Assembly: GCA_965655095.1 (NCBI GenBank)
Contig: OZ296649.1
Span: 105,710,001-105,774,000, forward strand
Reading direction: 5' to 3'
DNA from: Haplodiscus bocki
Lineage: Eukaryota
Length of the DNA: 64,000 nucleotides
Within the stretch, counting starts at the first letter, position 1; each line of letters opens with the position of its first letter. A program made the position numbers and the translations under genes. The notes under the pieces are model-generated. The model had not been told where the DNA came from, ran no database searches, and was given only the letters and a program-made list of their open reading frames with translations. This document shows positions 21,827-36,190 of the stretch, one piece after another.

Positions 21827-24800
21827 GGTGTTAATATTTCATCTGTTAGGGGGTTATAGCATTACTCACAGCAGAATGAATTTTAGCCAATCACAGAACT
21901 TGTTTCCGCATGTTAAATTCTGGTGGCTACTACTGCTGGCGGAAGTAACAGAAAAGATCCTAGAAGTCGGTATTAAGTGGCTAATAGGGTTAGAATTGTC
22001 AATCAATATTATTTTCCCAAGCTTCATCAACGTTTTTTCACTAATGAGGATAGAATGCTCATGGTATTCCGCTATTGTTGGCCTCCGCTATTGGACTTGC
22101 GACTGCGTTTTCTGTAATTATTAAAGTACACTTATGGTGTTTACTGGCGTCAGTCAGCAAATCGGTTAATTGGGCAATCAAATAAATTATTTATGTACAG
22201 TTTCTGCCCTAGAGTCACATATCTCAGATTAAAAGATAAAAAAAGTTTGAATTGCTCAGAACTGAAGTATCTACTTCCGATGGGTCGCGTGAGACATTCG
22301 ATGTAAACTTTAAGGGTTCTGTTTTCTATTTTAGTCGCCGATCAATGATGCCGCCTATCAGGGTTTTTTTCTCGTAAAGCAACAGACTCACTTTCGAATC
22401 GATCCAATTTCAAAATAAGTAGTATTATAAGGGGGGGTGTAGTGCCAATTTGACTCCTCAGGCAGCTTTTGCACAAATGAGAAAGTTTTGCAGTATATTG
22501 ACAGCTTAAGGAAAAGTAAAACCACAAAAGCGAACCTGAATTAGATTGGACAGCTAAATGCAATTTTTGACTGCCAAACCGAAAATTTTCTAAATCAAAA
22601 GTTCAAAGTACAATTTCAACCGAAACTGAATTTTGTTGACTAAGTACACAGTAAGTGAACCAACTGTCAAAATTCGTTGATGTTGCAAGTTTTCCACTTA
22701 AATATGACTGTTCCACAAATTTTCTCTGGAATAGTTTTGACATCTGTTTGCGAGCTATCCAATATTTGACAAAAACTTCTACATTGACAGCAGAAATCAT
22801 AGAAGTTTTTGGGAAAAAAACATCTTTAATTCGAAAAACCCAAGTTTGGTACGTTTTGAGATTTCTTACTATCTCAGTCGCATTCTACGGACAAAAAAAT
22901 TCAAACTGAGAACCGGACACTACCGTCACGTCAGACATTATCAATTGGCAAAAACATGAAACGATCAATTTCAGCGATTTGAGTGGATGATTTTCATTCC
23001 ATATTTAAATTTTGACGGAAAAAAGTCTGAATGAGTCCAAAAACCACGTTGTGCAACACCTGATCGTTAGCCGTACAATGCCAACAAACCAAAAGACATT
23101 TTGAAGAGCCGTGATTCAGCAAACTTACATGAGAAGAGATAGTTTTCAAACTCCTACCTCACTAAAACATTTGATTCATAACTCGGCCAGTCCAAAACCC
23201 TACTGCAAAACATTTAAATGACAGTTTGACAATGCTCAAAATCCAAAAACTTTGAAAAGTTCGAACTGAAATTAGGGTTACCCAACCAAAAGCAACTGTT
23301 TAGTGGACAAGTGTGGGTGAGTCCAAAAGCAAATTCGAAACGAATTAAACGTTAGTGTCAGAACGCCTGAAATCAAAAGACTCTGAAATAACCGTTTTTT
23401 CATAAACTCACATCAAAAAGTTGCATTTACGACTCTCAACTTGATAAAAAACAGTTGTGGGCTAGTCCAAAAACTGCAAAACGATTCAAATTCGAACTCA
23501 AAAAAACTTAAATTGCATTGAGTTAGGAAATCCCAAATTCAATCGGGAACGATTAAACGTTATAAATAAAACGGAAAAAATGAAAGTCTGTCGGAAAATG
23601 TCTTGCTTTGCAAAATCATGTCAAAAGGGTTGAGCTCTACCAGCATCTAGACATTTGATTTACAAGTGGAGTAGGGAAGCCATCTTCTGAAAAAATTATA
23701 CACAACGCTCAATGTCGACGACCAAAAGGGTTGTTGAAAAGCAGAATGTTTTTCCATTTCACATCAGAAACGCGTTTTTAGACACTTAAATTATCTAACA
23801 AAATATTTCATGCGTTTGACTTAACGAGTTTAAAACTACATTGGAAGACAACCGAGCGTGGGTATCACATTACATGAAACCGAAACACTCTCTAAAATTG
23901 TCGTGTTTTTGCAAACTCAGTGACAAATGGTGGCTTCAGTCTCCGGATTTGTAGTGAACTATTGGACAGCCTTGTACATTCTCTGAAGCATTTTCGAAGC
24001 AAGTAAAACTGACTACTATATGACGAAAAGCAAAAACTGCCGTGCTTTTGATAATTCATCTCAAAAAGTTTTTCTACACCTTCGGCCTCAACTAAACAAG
24101 TACGTAAAAGATTAACGAATACTGGTAACCCCGAAGCCATATTGGAAAACAATTGACCGTTAGCCTCATAATATATAACACCGAAGTCACTGCAGAAAAC
24201 GCCATGCTTTGGGAAAATCCCAACCAAGAAGCTGCTCCTAATCGTCTGAACTAAACTAAACTTTTGATGTACAGCCTTACAAAAGGCCGAAAAAGTACAC
24301 TGAAAGCAATGAAATAATACTCTTGATTTACGGAAACAAGTGCGTCTGAAAATGCCCTTCTTTCGCAAATTGACTTCAAGAGGTTGTTCTAGATCCCTGT
24401 CCTTACGTAAACAATTGACCTACCAGTCTGAATGAGTCCACAAACCATATTGGGAAAAAATGAGCACAATTCCGAGAACTCCGAAAAGTGAAGTCCCGGA
24501 GAAGCTGCAATTTCAATTTCACGTGAAAGGTAATTTGAATTGAATCAATTGTTTGTTGTACTAGTCGGGGTGAGCTCGAAACCATGTTTGATAAACTAAC
24601 GTTAGTCCGACGCTACTTTCAACTGAAAGTCTTTCTCACAATGCCACACTTCTCAGTTTTCAGGGAGAAAGCTGCAGTCATGCGAGTACACTAAAAAATT
24701 ATGGTAAAGTCACGGGCGTGTCGGAAAACTACGTTGGGAAAACAATTAGACGAAAATTAGGCATCAACTTGAACAAGATGATTTTCTGAAAAAAAAATGC

Positions 24801-26352
24801 GATTTCAGGAAATAGACGTTAAAACTTTCGATTCAAACTTCGAAACATATTTGAAATAAAGTACTGTATTCTCGATCGACCCCGAACAGTGCAAAGACAG
24901 CAATGAAAGGTAAGTTTCACCTGGGCTAAAAGCATGTAGCTAAAAGAGTTTCCGGAAAGTCAATTCTGTTGCAAACTTACACCAAAATTATGTGTCATGT
25001 TTCCAAACTATAATAAGGTGTATTGTGCAGATGTTCAGGATTTCAACAAACAGTGAAACTTCACTGCAAACTGCTGATTCGATTGGGAATTGCTTTTGTT
25101 TTGAAACGACATCAAAAATGGTGACTGTAGTTTCCCGTTATCAACAGAAAAGCTGATATACAAAACTGTGCGAGTTCGGAAAGAAGATTTCAAACAGCAA
25201 AATGAAATTCTGACTCAACCAACTCTTGTTAAGAACTCTGTTCTTGCAAAAGTTTTGACCATCGAACCGTAAAAGTTGGAATTGATGTTTGCATCTAAAA
25301 ACACAAGAGTACAAATTCGATCCATATCGATTCCATTTTCGCGCAAATACCTGAGTTTTTCGGCAAAGTCTCATTGTAATCACGACAGCAATCTCAGCAA
25401 AGTACCATATATGTGGAAAGAATCCAACAAAACGTTTTTATTCAGCTTTTATAACAAAAAACTTGGGCAAAAGTTCTTTATACGAAGCAGTTTGACAGCA
25501 TTTATGAGCAACCAAAGTCCCAACACCATTGGAGTGTGAAAATAAAGTGCGTGAGAATAGTGTTCAGTACTGTTGCCACAAAAGCCAGCTCCAGTTTCAT
25601 TTTCATCAGTGGATTAATCGATGAAACACAAATGTATGATCCTAACGTGAAACGTTCACTTGATTTGAGTGAATACAAGAAACAGCACTGTCTAAACTTT
25701 CAAAAGTTCACCCAAACTGTTTCCAGTTACACATCAAAATATTCAAATATTCAGTTTGAATAAAGGGTCCGCAAATGTCAGTTCAAAATTTGGAAATGTT
25801 GATGCTTTGAAACAAAATACTGAGAATGATTATGAACAGTTATCGTCAGCATATCAGTTTTCAAAGTGTTTTTCGGCTTGTCTCTAAATTCACTTCAGTA
25901 TTCCACATCAAAGAGCATCAAAATAAAGGGCAGACATGAAGTTCTTGGTGCTGAATAGCGATTCGGGGCAAAAAATTTTAAAAATTGACTTCGAGAAACC
26001 ATATTTCAAAAATCATGAAAATTCCCGCTCCATTTAAACCGTTGCATTTTGATATTATGCGTTGAATATTTGTCTGGATAGTCGACTCAGCAAAATTTCA
26101 GGACTCACTTGGGACAATGAACACCGTGCACGTTTCCGTTTGCTTTCTGCTTTCCAATACCAAGAGAAGAGAGGCTTCTTGATCCTGTTTAAGGGTTGAA
26201 GTCCGCAGTGCTTTCCGAACTGAGAAGGTCCTCAAACGTTCAAAAGGTAGTGCACTTCAGAGGGTGACAAAGGGCGATGCAAATTTTAAGCAAGGCAGCG
26301 AGTGGATCTCGTAACTCTTAGTTTGCAACGCTTTTTGCCAATCTCTCAACTA
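21827..26352 (-). repeat. Left arm of a ~4.5-kb inverted duplication (runs into the N gap)
   Basis: Reverse complement of 27737-32222; mirrored ORFs in the track (e.g. 22655 + vs 31141 -, 25536 + vs 28327 -). Confidence 0.95.
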
Positions 26353-26552
26353 NNNNNNNNNNNNNNNNNNNNNNNNNNNNNNNNNNNNNNNNNNNNNNNN
26401 NNNNNNNNNNNNNNNNNNNNNNNNNNNNNNNNNNNNNNNNNNNNNNNNNNNNNNNNNNNNNNNNNNNNNNNNNNNNNNNNNNNNNNNNNNNNNNNNNNNN
26501 NNNNNNNNNNNNNNNNNNNNNNNNNNNNNNNNNNNNNNNNNNNNNNNNNNNN
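26353..26552. other. Assembly gap (200 N)
   Basis: Run of n characters. Confidence 1.
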
Positions 26553-26599
26553 CACCCTTGAGCGACCTCAAACTGAATGGTTTCAAGTAGATGCTGAGC

Positions 26600-29500
26600 C
26601 TTCTGTCGATACCGGGGAGAAACAACTGTTGAATGCCGCGTGAATATTCTATGGTGAAAAATGCCACCTTCGGCAAACGCAGGAACAAATTTCTACCTTT
26701 GAATACAATCTGCAGTAGGCCAAAAAACGTTTGTTCTTTTTGTAGAAGTTCTTTCATCGGTACGAAATAATCCGGATGAATTGTTTCTGAAAATCTTTGT
26801 ATCCACATTTGGGCGAATTTGGCAGGTTTTCACTTGCCATAAAATCGTAAAGTTTTCAGAAAGACATCGACTGAGCGAATCTTCATTCCAATGTTTTGAT
26901 CCAATCAAAAATTACGTCATTCGAGCGTTTGGAAAATTTTGTGCCAACGCCTCCACTTCTTTGCTTACTCGAGCCTCTACCTGATTTCGTTTAAGTCCTG
27001 TCTTGAATTTTCAACTCGAGCCTTGTGCAGAGTCTTTGATGTTTGCAGAGCCTTGTTCAGAAACAAACATGGCACAGTACCGATCCTCAATCCGACTCAT
27101 CTTGTAAGGGTACTGTCAGGGAGTGTGGCATATCAGCATGACAAAAAAGTTAAATCAAGCAATCGCTCTTTCCGAATTTGCTTAGTTGCTGAAGTTTTCC
27201 CGCATAACAACAACCGTGAAAACGACAAAAAATATTTGTGAAACTCAAGTGATTTCGAGGAGCCTCGATCATTTTGATTAAGGGACATTTTTGTAGGCGT
27301 AAGCACTTTTGCTTTACTATCTACTTAGTTTCAAGGCAACAAAATCATCTCGGACCAAAAGCAAGGAACAGTGACTCAAACTCTGTACAGCCTATTAGAT
27401 GGCTGGCTTGAGAAGATCCCTTAAGGCCAGAGTCTTTAACTTGGGCTCGGTTAGGTCCCCACAATATCTGCTCATTTTGTTTCTCCCCAGAGTTGAAAGC
27501 CGGAGACATGAATCAGAAGTTACTGAAAAACACAACCAGCGTCTGCAGTAAAAAACTCCAGTGTTCCGTTTTAATTTTTCCTCACTGAGTTCAACAAGAA
27601 GTTTGGTTTTTTTTCAAAAAATTGAAATCATAGAACACACCTACCACAAAGAAGTTAGAAGGGCAGAACGAGGCTAAAGTTTATCTTTAATTGTGGTAGT
27701 TGTGGAAGACTGCTCATTCTTTTCTTCAAGGTACTATAGTTGAGAGATTGGCAAAAAGCGTTGCAAACTAAGAGTTACGAGATCCACTCGCTGCCTTGCT
27801 TAAAATTTGCATCGCCCTTTGTCACCCTCTGAAGTGCACTACCTTTTGAACGTTTGAGGACCTTCTCAGTTCGGAAAGCACTGCGGACTTCAACCCTTAA
27901 ACAGGATCAAGAAGCCTCTCTTCTCTTGGTATTGGAAAGCAGAAAGCAAACGGAAACGTGCACGGTGTTCATTGTCCCAAGTGAGTCCTGAAATTTTGCT
28001 GAGTCGACTATCCAGACAAATATTCAACGCATAATATCAAAATGCAACGGTTTAAATGGAGCGGGAATTTTCATGATTTTTGAAATATGGTTTCTCGAAG
28101 TCATTTTTTAAATTTTTTATGCCCTGAATCGCTATTCAGCACCAAGAACTTCATGTCTGCCCTGTATTTTGATGCTCTTTGATGTGGAATACTGAAGTGA
28201 ATTTAGAGACAAGCCGAAAAACACTTTGAAAACTGATATGCTGACGATAACTGTTCATAATCATTCTCAGTATTTTGTTTCAAAGCATCAACATTTCCAA
28301 ATTTTGAACTGACATTTGTGGACCCTTTATTCAAACTGAATATTTGAATAATTTGATGTGTAACTGGAAACAGTTTGGGTGAACTTTTGAAAGTTTAGAC
28401 AGTGCTGTTTCTTGTATTCACTCAAATCAAGTGAACGTTTCACGTTAGGATCATACATTTGTGTTTCATCGATTAATCCACTGATGAAAATGAAACTGGA
28501 GCTGGCTTTTGTGGCAACAGTACTGAACACTATTCTCACGCACTTTATTTTCACACTCCAATGGTGTTGGGACTTTGGTTGCTCATAAATGCTGTCAAAC
28601 TGCTTCGTATAAAGAACTTTTGCCCAAGTTTTTTGTTATAAAAGCTGAATAAAAACGTTTTGTTGGATTCTTTCCACATATATGGTACTTTGCTGAGATT
28701 GCTGTCGTGATTACAATGAGACTTTGCCGAAAAACTCAGGTATTTGCGCGAAAATGGAATCTATATGGATCGAATTTGTACTCTTGTGTTTTTAGATGCA
28801 AACATCAATTCCAACTTTTATGGTTCGATGGTCAAAACTTTTGCAAGAACAGAGTTCTGAACAAGAGTTGGTTGAGTCAGAATTTCATTTTGCTGTTTGA
28901 AATCTTCTTTCCGAACTCGCACAGTTTTGTACATCAGCTTTTCTGCTGATAACGGGAGACTACAGCCACCATTTTTGATGTCGTTTTAAAACAAAAGCAC
29001 TTCCCAATCAATTCAGCAGATTGTGGTGAAGTTTCCCTGTTTTCAAACTGTTTGTTGATTTCCTGACCACCTGCACAATACACGTTATTATAGTTAGGAA
29101 ACATACCTAACTGCTTTTAGCTCAGGTGAAACTTACCTTTGATTGCTATCTTTGCACTGTTCGGAATCGATCGAGAATACAGTACTTTCTTTCAAATATG
29201 TTTCGATGTTTGAATGGAAAGTTTTAACGTCTATTTCCTGACATCGCATTTTTTTTCAGAAAATCATCTTGTTCAAGTTGATGCCTAATTTTCGTCTAAT
29301 TGTTTTCCCAACGTAGTTTTCTGACACGCCCGTGACTTTAACGTAATTTTTTAGTGTACTCGCATGACTGTAGCTTTTTTTCCTGAAAACCGAGAAGTGT
29401 GGCATTTTGAGAAAGACTTTCAGTTCAAAGTAGCGTGGGACTAACGTTAGTTTTTCAAACATGGTTTCGAGCTCACCCCGACTAGTACAACAAACAATTG

Positions 29501-31600
29501 ATTCATTTCAAATTACTTTTCACGTGAAATTGAAATTGCAGCTTTTCCGGGACTTCACTTTTCGGAGTTCTCGGAATTGTGCTCATTTTTTCCCAATATG
29601 TTTTGTGGACTCCTTCAGACTGGTAGGTCAATTGTTTACGTAAGGACACGGATCTAGAACAACCTCTTGAAGTCAATTTGCGAAAGAAGGGCATTTTCAG
29701 ACGCACTTGTTTCCGTAAATCAAGAGTATTATTTCATTGCTTTCAGTGTAATTTTTCGGCCTTTTGTAAGGCTGTACATCAAAAGTTTAGTTTAGTTCAG
29801 ACGATTAGGAGCATCTTCCTGGTTGGGATTTTCCCAAAGCATGGCGTTTTCTGAAGTGACTTCGGTGCTATATATTAGGAGGCAAACGGTCAATTGTTTT
29901 CCAATATGGCTTCGGGGTTACCAGTATTCGTTAATCTTTTACGTACTTGTTTAGTTGAGGCCGAAGGTGTGGAAAAACTTTTTGAGATGAATCATCAAAA
30001 GCACGGCAGTTTTTGCTTTTCGTCATATAGTAGTCAGTTTTACTTGCTTCAAAAATGCTTCAGAGAATGTACAAGGCTATCCAATAGTTCACTACAATTC
30101 CGGGCACTGAAGCCACCATTTGTCACTGAGTTTGCAAAAACACGACAATTTTAGAGAGTGTTTCGGTTTCATGTAATGTGATACCCACGCTCGGTTGTCT
30201 TCCAATGTAGTTTTAAACTCGTTAAGTCTAATGCTCGAAATTTTTTGTTCGATAATTTAAGTGTCTAAAATCGCGTTTTTGATGTGAATTGGAAAAACAT
30301 TCCGCTTTCCAACAACTCTTTTGTTCATCGACATTAAGCGTTGTGTTTATTTTTCTCAAAAGATGGTTTCCCCACTCCACAAGACTTGTATATCAAATGT
30401 CTGGCTGCTGGTCCAGCTTAATTTTTTGACATGATTTTGCAAAGCAAGACATTTTCCGCCAGACTTTCATTTTTTCCGTTTTATTTATAACGTTTAATCG
30501 TTCCCGATTGAATTTGGGATTTCCTAACTCAATGCAATTTAAGTTTTTTTGAGTTCGAATTTGAATCGTTTTGCAGTTTTTGGACTAGCCCACAACTGTT
30601 TTTTATCAAGTTGAGAGTCGTAAATGCAACTTTTTGATGTGAGTTTATGAAAAAACGGTTATTTCAGAGTCTTTTGGTTTCAGGCGTTCTGACACTAACG
30701 TTTAATTCGTTTCGAATTTGCTTTTGGACTCACCCACACTTGTCCACTAAACAGTTGCTTTTGGTTGGGTAACCCTAATTTCAGTTCGAACTTTTCAAAG
30801 TTTTTGGATTTTGAGCATTGTCAAACTGTCATTTAAATGTTTTGCAGTAGGGTTTTGGACTGGCCGAGTTATGAATCAAATGTTTTAGTGAGGTAGGAGT
30901 TTGAAAACTATCTCTTCTCATGTAAGTTTCCTGAATCACGGCTCTTCAAAATGTCTTTTGGTTTGTTGGCATTGTACGGCTAACGATCAGGTGTTGCAAA
31001 ACGTGGTTTTTGGACTCATTCAGACTTTTTTCCGTCAAAATTTAAATATGGAATGAAAATCATCCACTCAAATCGCTGAAATTGATCGTTTCATGTTTTT
31101 GCCAATTGATAATGTCTGACGTGACGGTAGTGTCCGGTTCTCAGTTTGAATTTTTTTGTCCGTAGAATGCGACTGAGATAGTAAGAAATCTCAAAACGTA
31201 CCAAACTTGGGTTTTTCGAATTAAAGATGTTTTTTTCCCAAAAACTTCTATGATTTCTGCTGTCAATGTAGAAGTTTTTGTCAAATATTGGATAGCTCGC
31301 AAACAGATGTCAAAACTATTCCAGAGAAAATTTGTGGAACAGTCATATTTAAGTGGAAAACTTGCAACATCAACGAATTTTGACAGTTGGTTCACTTACT
31401 GTGTACTTAGTCAACAAAATTCAGTTTCGGTTGAAATTGTACTTTGAACTTTTGATTTAGAAAATTTTCGGTTTGGCAGTCAAAAATTGCATTTAGCTGT
31501 CCAATCTAATTCAGGTTCGCTTTTGTGGTTTTACTTTTCCTTAAGCTGTCAATATACTGCAAAACTTTCTCATTTGTGCAAAAGCTGCCTGAGGAGTCAA
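26600..31600 (+). pseudogene. Heavily decayed leucine-rich-repeat protein gene (mirrored on the minus strand of the left arm)
   Basis: LRR-like fragments: RVLNKSWLSQNFI (28851), REIEIAAFPGLH (29523), DL/NNLLKSICERRAFSD (29651), LQFLD/AHNCF (30571); ~140-bp periodic ttttggact motifs at 30577-31017. Boundaries approximate. Confidence 0.45.
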
Positions 31601-32222
31601 ATTGGCACTACACCCCCCCTTATAATACTACTTATTTTGAAATTGGATCGATTCGAAAGTGAGTCTGTTGTTTTACGAGAAAAAAACCCTGATAGGCGGC
31701 ATCATTGATCGGCGACTAAAATAGAAAACAGAACCCTTAAAGTTTACATCGAATGTCTCACGCGACCCATCGGAAGTAGATACTTCAGTTCTGAGCAATT
31801 CAAACTTTTTTTATCTTTTAATCTGAGATATGTGACTCTAGGGCAGAAACTGTACATAAATAATTTATTTGATTGCCCAATTAACCGATTTGCTGACTGA
31901 CGCCAGTAAACACCATAAGTGTACTTTAATAATTACAGAAAACGCAGTCGCAAGTCCAATAGCGGAGGCCAACAATAGCGGAATACCATGAGCATTCTAT
32001 CCTCATTAGTGAAAAAACGTTGATGAAGCTTGGGAAAATAATATTGATTGACAATTCTAACCCTATTAGCCACTTAATACTGACTTCTAGGATCTTTTCT
32101 GTTACTTCCGCCAGCAGTTGTAGCCACCAGAATTTAACATGCGGAAACAAGTTCTGTGATTGGCTAAAATTCATTCTGCCGTGAGTAATGCTATCCCCCC
32201 TAACAGATGAAATATTGACACC
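27737..32222 (+). repeat. Right arm of the inverted duplication
   Basis: tagttgagagattggcaa...aatattgacacc is the reverse complement of the left arm. Confidence 0.95.
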
Positions 32223-32834
32223 TAAAACACTAAACGGTACCACCTACAAAGTTTTTCGATACTGTGATACTAAATTTTTGACAAAATCGTCATAGCCCCG
32301 CATTGATTCACCAAAAATTTTTAGAAGCCAGAGGGTGTTTCAACACAAAAGTCTCCCCTGTGACAAATTTTTTCACAAAAAAATGATATCTCTTTTATCT
32401 TTTAGGCATACCTTCCCGAAAAACGCTTCTAAAATGTTCAAAATACCCTTCCTACGCGAACACGATTTTCAAAAAACCAAAGTTTTTGCCCCCTCGATAA
32501 TCTGTCACTACTAAATGCACCATTTTTAGCAACTTTTGGTGGAAACGAGTGGTACTAGACTTCCTTTCGGTTTATAGATACTAAAGGGAGAAAAACTTTT
32601 CAATGCATCAAAGCCTCCCCCTTCAAGTATTTTGAGCATTAGGGGCGGCGCTGACTCTGGCCATTCTTCTTGGCTTGCTTCTTCTTTTCAATGCTCATGC
32701 GGGATAATTTAGACGGACTTTAACTTTCCATGAGGAATGGCTTGTAACTGGGTCGGTTGGTTTAGGTTGACATGTGGTTTAACATAGATAGAACTTATGT
32801 ATAACAAAGCTGGTTAACTCTGATTTATTTATAG

Positions 32835-33433
32835 GTTGAGATCAAAGGTCACATGACTGATACCAGTACGAGGTACATCGACTGTATGAACTTGCCCCAA
32901 TGTGCTGAGACGTTTGAAATCAACTATCCCAGCATGGCGTTTCTCTGTCTCACTTTATACGAAGAGTTATCCAAGTCGAGAAAGTTTTCTGCCGACTTTG
33001 TCCTTCCTGTTTGTTCAATCGCGGCCGGAACAAAAGTAGTGCCTCTTTTGGGACCTAGTTCTTGTGTGGCTGTCATCAGTTTAGAGGCTAAACCGCGTGC
33101 AAGTGAAAAGAACAAACAACGTAGAAAAAGTTTCCTCGGTTTCGGCAAAGGCTCCTGTAAGAAACGGCACAACACTTCCGACCAGCTAGCCCAGAGAAAA
33201 GAGTTGTCGTGGTGTGAAACTCGACGCAGATTCAAGTTGGGGCACCGGAATACATCAACTCCCAATCTCACTAGTGGAAGAGAAGGCCCAACTTCTGTTT
33301 TTAGCGACGGGCTTGCCTCCAGTCCAAACGATTTGTACGAGTCGCATTGTGCTACTGTCGCCTATAGTTCAGTGCATCGAAATATATACGAAGATGAATT
33401 CATGACGCAGGCTGGAATCGCTTCCAAGAAAAG
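32835..33433 (+). CDS. Penultimate coding exon of a host phosphoinositide phospholipase C-like gene (C-terminal half of the C2 domain)
   Basis: Acceptor ttatttatag|GTT, donor AAG|gtaatc; VEIKGH..D...P...ETFEI.YPSMAFL.L.LYE...DFVLPV.SI.AG.KVVPL matches the PLC C2 pattern VEI.G...D...ETF....PELAFLRF...LP...L..GYRHVPL. Confidence 0.75.
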
Positions 33434-35385
33434 GTAATCTGACTAACTAGGAACCGTCACATGTGCGTACATAGGTTTTGTACCAGAGCAATTCTTCCAT
33501 CGAAAGTACAGTAAGGTTTTCCGATCTTTTTCTGTTGAAAAATTAGTGAAAATTTTCGACTTCATGGGATCTTGGCTCAAACCAATTTCGGAGTCAGAAA
33601 CATTCGGCTTATTAGCTGGTACTTTCGAGTCCTGTCTTTCCTACAGTACCCCTCGCACCTATCAGCAAGCAGTACTTAAGAGATCTGATGATCGTATATG
33701 ACTTCGTACTCAAAGGTAAATCCGTCGAGGAATGTTTCCACCAGCCGAGAGTTTGTCCTGAAGTTGAAGTTTTTTTGCCCAAAATTACAAAATAAGTCAA
33801 GGCATGCACAGTGTGTCTCGCACTTTACCAAACCTGAGAACAGTTTTCAATAGTGAATTTCGCTGATGAAAAGCAGGGTCATCGCTAAATAGGGAAAAAG
33901 CAATTTAGCTGCAGATTATGGATCGTACTAAGGTAAGTTATTTTTTAAGATGTCAACTGCTAACATAAAGTCGCAAGACATTGTGATTTTCAATTATTCA
34001 AACTTGATATTCGCAATTTCTCATGCCAAGAATTCAGAAAACTGATGATCAAATTTGCTAATAGATCTCTTTAAATATCCAAATCGAAGGCCATAAGATA
34101 CTATAGGTATCTAGTTAACCTTGTTTTTCCAGATTTCTGCTTCCTTTACCGTGATGTTCAGTCATCACGTACGCTAGTATTACATGCGCTAGTACACTGC
34201 TTCCAGTGATGTCTACGGCCTAATTTTACCACATGGTAAACCTATTCGCAGTGCTGGAAGGTAAATTGAGATTTTTCTAACCCATTTTTCGGTGATTGCA
34301 TTTCTTTCCTCTATTCTTTCATCAATTGCAGTGTTTCAGGCAATTGAGGCAAAGTTTTTTCGTAGCCTGAAACGAAAGATCCTGAAGCATTTTCTCAATT
34401 ATTTCCCATCAAATTTTCAGACTGGATAAAATTTTTTTAGGCATTAGGAGAAACTGAGTGACCATAGCTTTCATTTTTCTTCTTCGCATTTTCGTAAACG
34501 TCTTCGTGACTGACCTAAAGGGCGAGGCTGATCGCCAAGGAACCGGAATGGTGCCTGCTTATTTACCTTTTTCTTTTGTGTTTATGATCTAGCCCTTCCG
34601 CCCAGCTAACGAGAGCGTCACTGTTTGCTCTTAGATTTCAACTACTGTTTGTAGTGGCAGCTTAGATTCAAGTATTTAGTATCCTAGATTCAAATATTCC
34701 TAATCCCTTCATAATTTTGCATAATTTTCCCGCTTTTTCAATATATCGACCATTTCTCTTGTGTAGAGTTCCTTGGTTGCTGAAGCGTTGAAAAAGTGCA
34801 ATCTATTCAAATAGTTGAAATTGACCAGTTGTAGTCGATGCTTTGGTAAAGAAAAGTGTCGATTGTTTTACGGATGATTTTCTTTCCTGAGGTTTTGTTC
34901 GAACAGATTTACTCCCCGTTAGTTTTTTTCGTTCCCGTTTTTGCTAGGGAGCTATATTTTGCAAAACACTAAGGGGTAGCTTCTAGAAGGTTTTTCGGTA
35001 CCAAGACTAAGTTTTCTGACTGAAATCGTGATCGCCTTCCTTTTTTTTTATATGAAACAAATGGTTTTGGGAAGGCAGACACAAAACTTTTTTCGAAATA
35101 CCTCCATATCATTTTTCTGAAAACACATCAAAAACTCCCCAGTTTTGATCAAAAAAACACATCAAAAGCTCCTCGTTGCGGCTACTTTTGGAGGAGCTAA
35201 GTATCCGCCAAACCTTGACAAAACTACGGCTACGACGTTTCTTTTAACTCCTCTGGGAAAACGCCGTGATGGTCTGTTTTCAACTGCTGCGTCATATCGT
35301 ATAGTGTGAAAAAGATGTTTTCGTTATAGTTGAATGTTTTTTCTCTATTTCTTCTTGGATCGGGTCGATCCAGTGCTCCTAAAAT

Positions 35386-36190
35386 TACTCGCTGCCGGAA
35401 ACTTCTGGCAACAAGCCGGCATCATCTGTATTCAATTTTTGTTACGAAATTCCGTATAACTTAGAAAACGTCTTCGATTTCTCAACCCTAAGTTATAATC
35501 GATGGACTCATTCCGATCAAAAGTCATGAAAACCAGTCATGAATGATAGAAAACGTCTTCGATTTCTCAACCCTATCATTCATGACTGGTTTTCATGACT
35601 TTTGATCGGAATGAGTCCATCGATTGCTAATTGGACTACTCGCTGCCGGGAGCTTCTGGCAAAAAGCCGGGATGGTCACTCGTTAGCTCTTTTTGCTTAA
35701 TTTCGTTTGACTTGCTTTTGCAGAATCTAAGATGTTCTTTATCTCTCGTTAAGTGTTTTTTATGATTTCTGTTTGAGATGGGTCCATCTGGCGTTGGTGC
35801 AACTACTCGCTGCTGAGAGCTTCTGGCGAAAAATTGGAATATTGTATTTCCACTTTTCTTTGAGATACCATTTAACTTGTGTTCGAAAAATTGAGGTGTT
35901 TCTGTCATTCGGTTGAAGTGTCTTTCAAAATTGTGTTCGGATTGTGTCCATTCAGTGCTGACACAACCCTTTCGCTGCCTGTAACTTCTAATGAACAGCC
36001 GGGATTGTGTTCTTTCAACTTTTGCGCGAAATTTTTTAACTGGGGCTCGAAAAATTGAACAGGTTTCTCCTCTGTCGTTCTTCGAAGGTGTGTTTCTTGA
36101 ATTGATGAAAGTAGTATCACAGTTACCATAACACCAACGATATTGTCGATTCATGGCTAAATTGACTTATCGCTGCCCGGAGCATCCATG
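35386..36190. repeat. Degenerate dispersed/tandem repeats (tcgctgcc..gagcttctggc core)
   Basis: Related motifs near 35387, 35638, 35805, 35972 and 36170, the middle three spaced ~167 bp. Confidence 0.6.
35497..35625. repeat. Perfect 53-bp inverted repeat with 23-nt loop
   Basis: 35497-35549 is the exact reverse complement of 35573-35625; the loop region is duplicated at 35462-35490. Confidence 0.95.

Noticed and set aside
26302-26808. ORFs containing poly-X
   Set aside because: Artefacts of the N gap.
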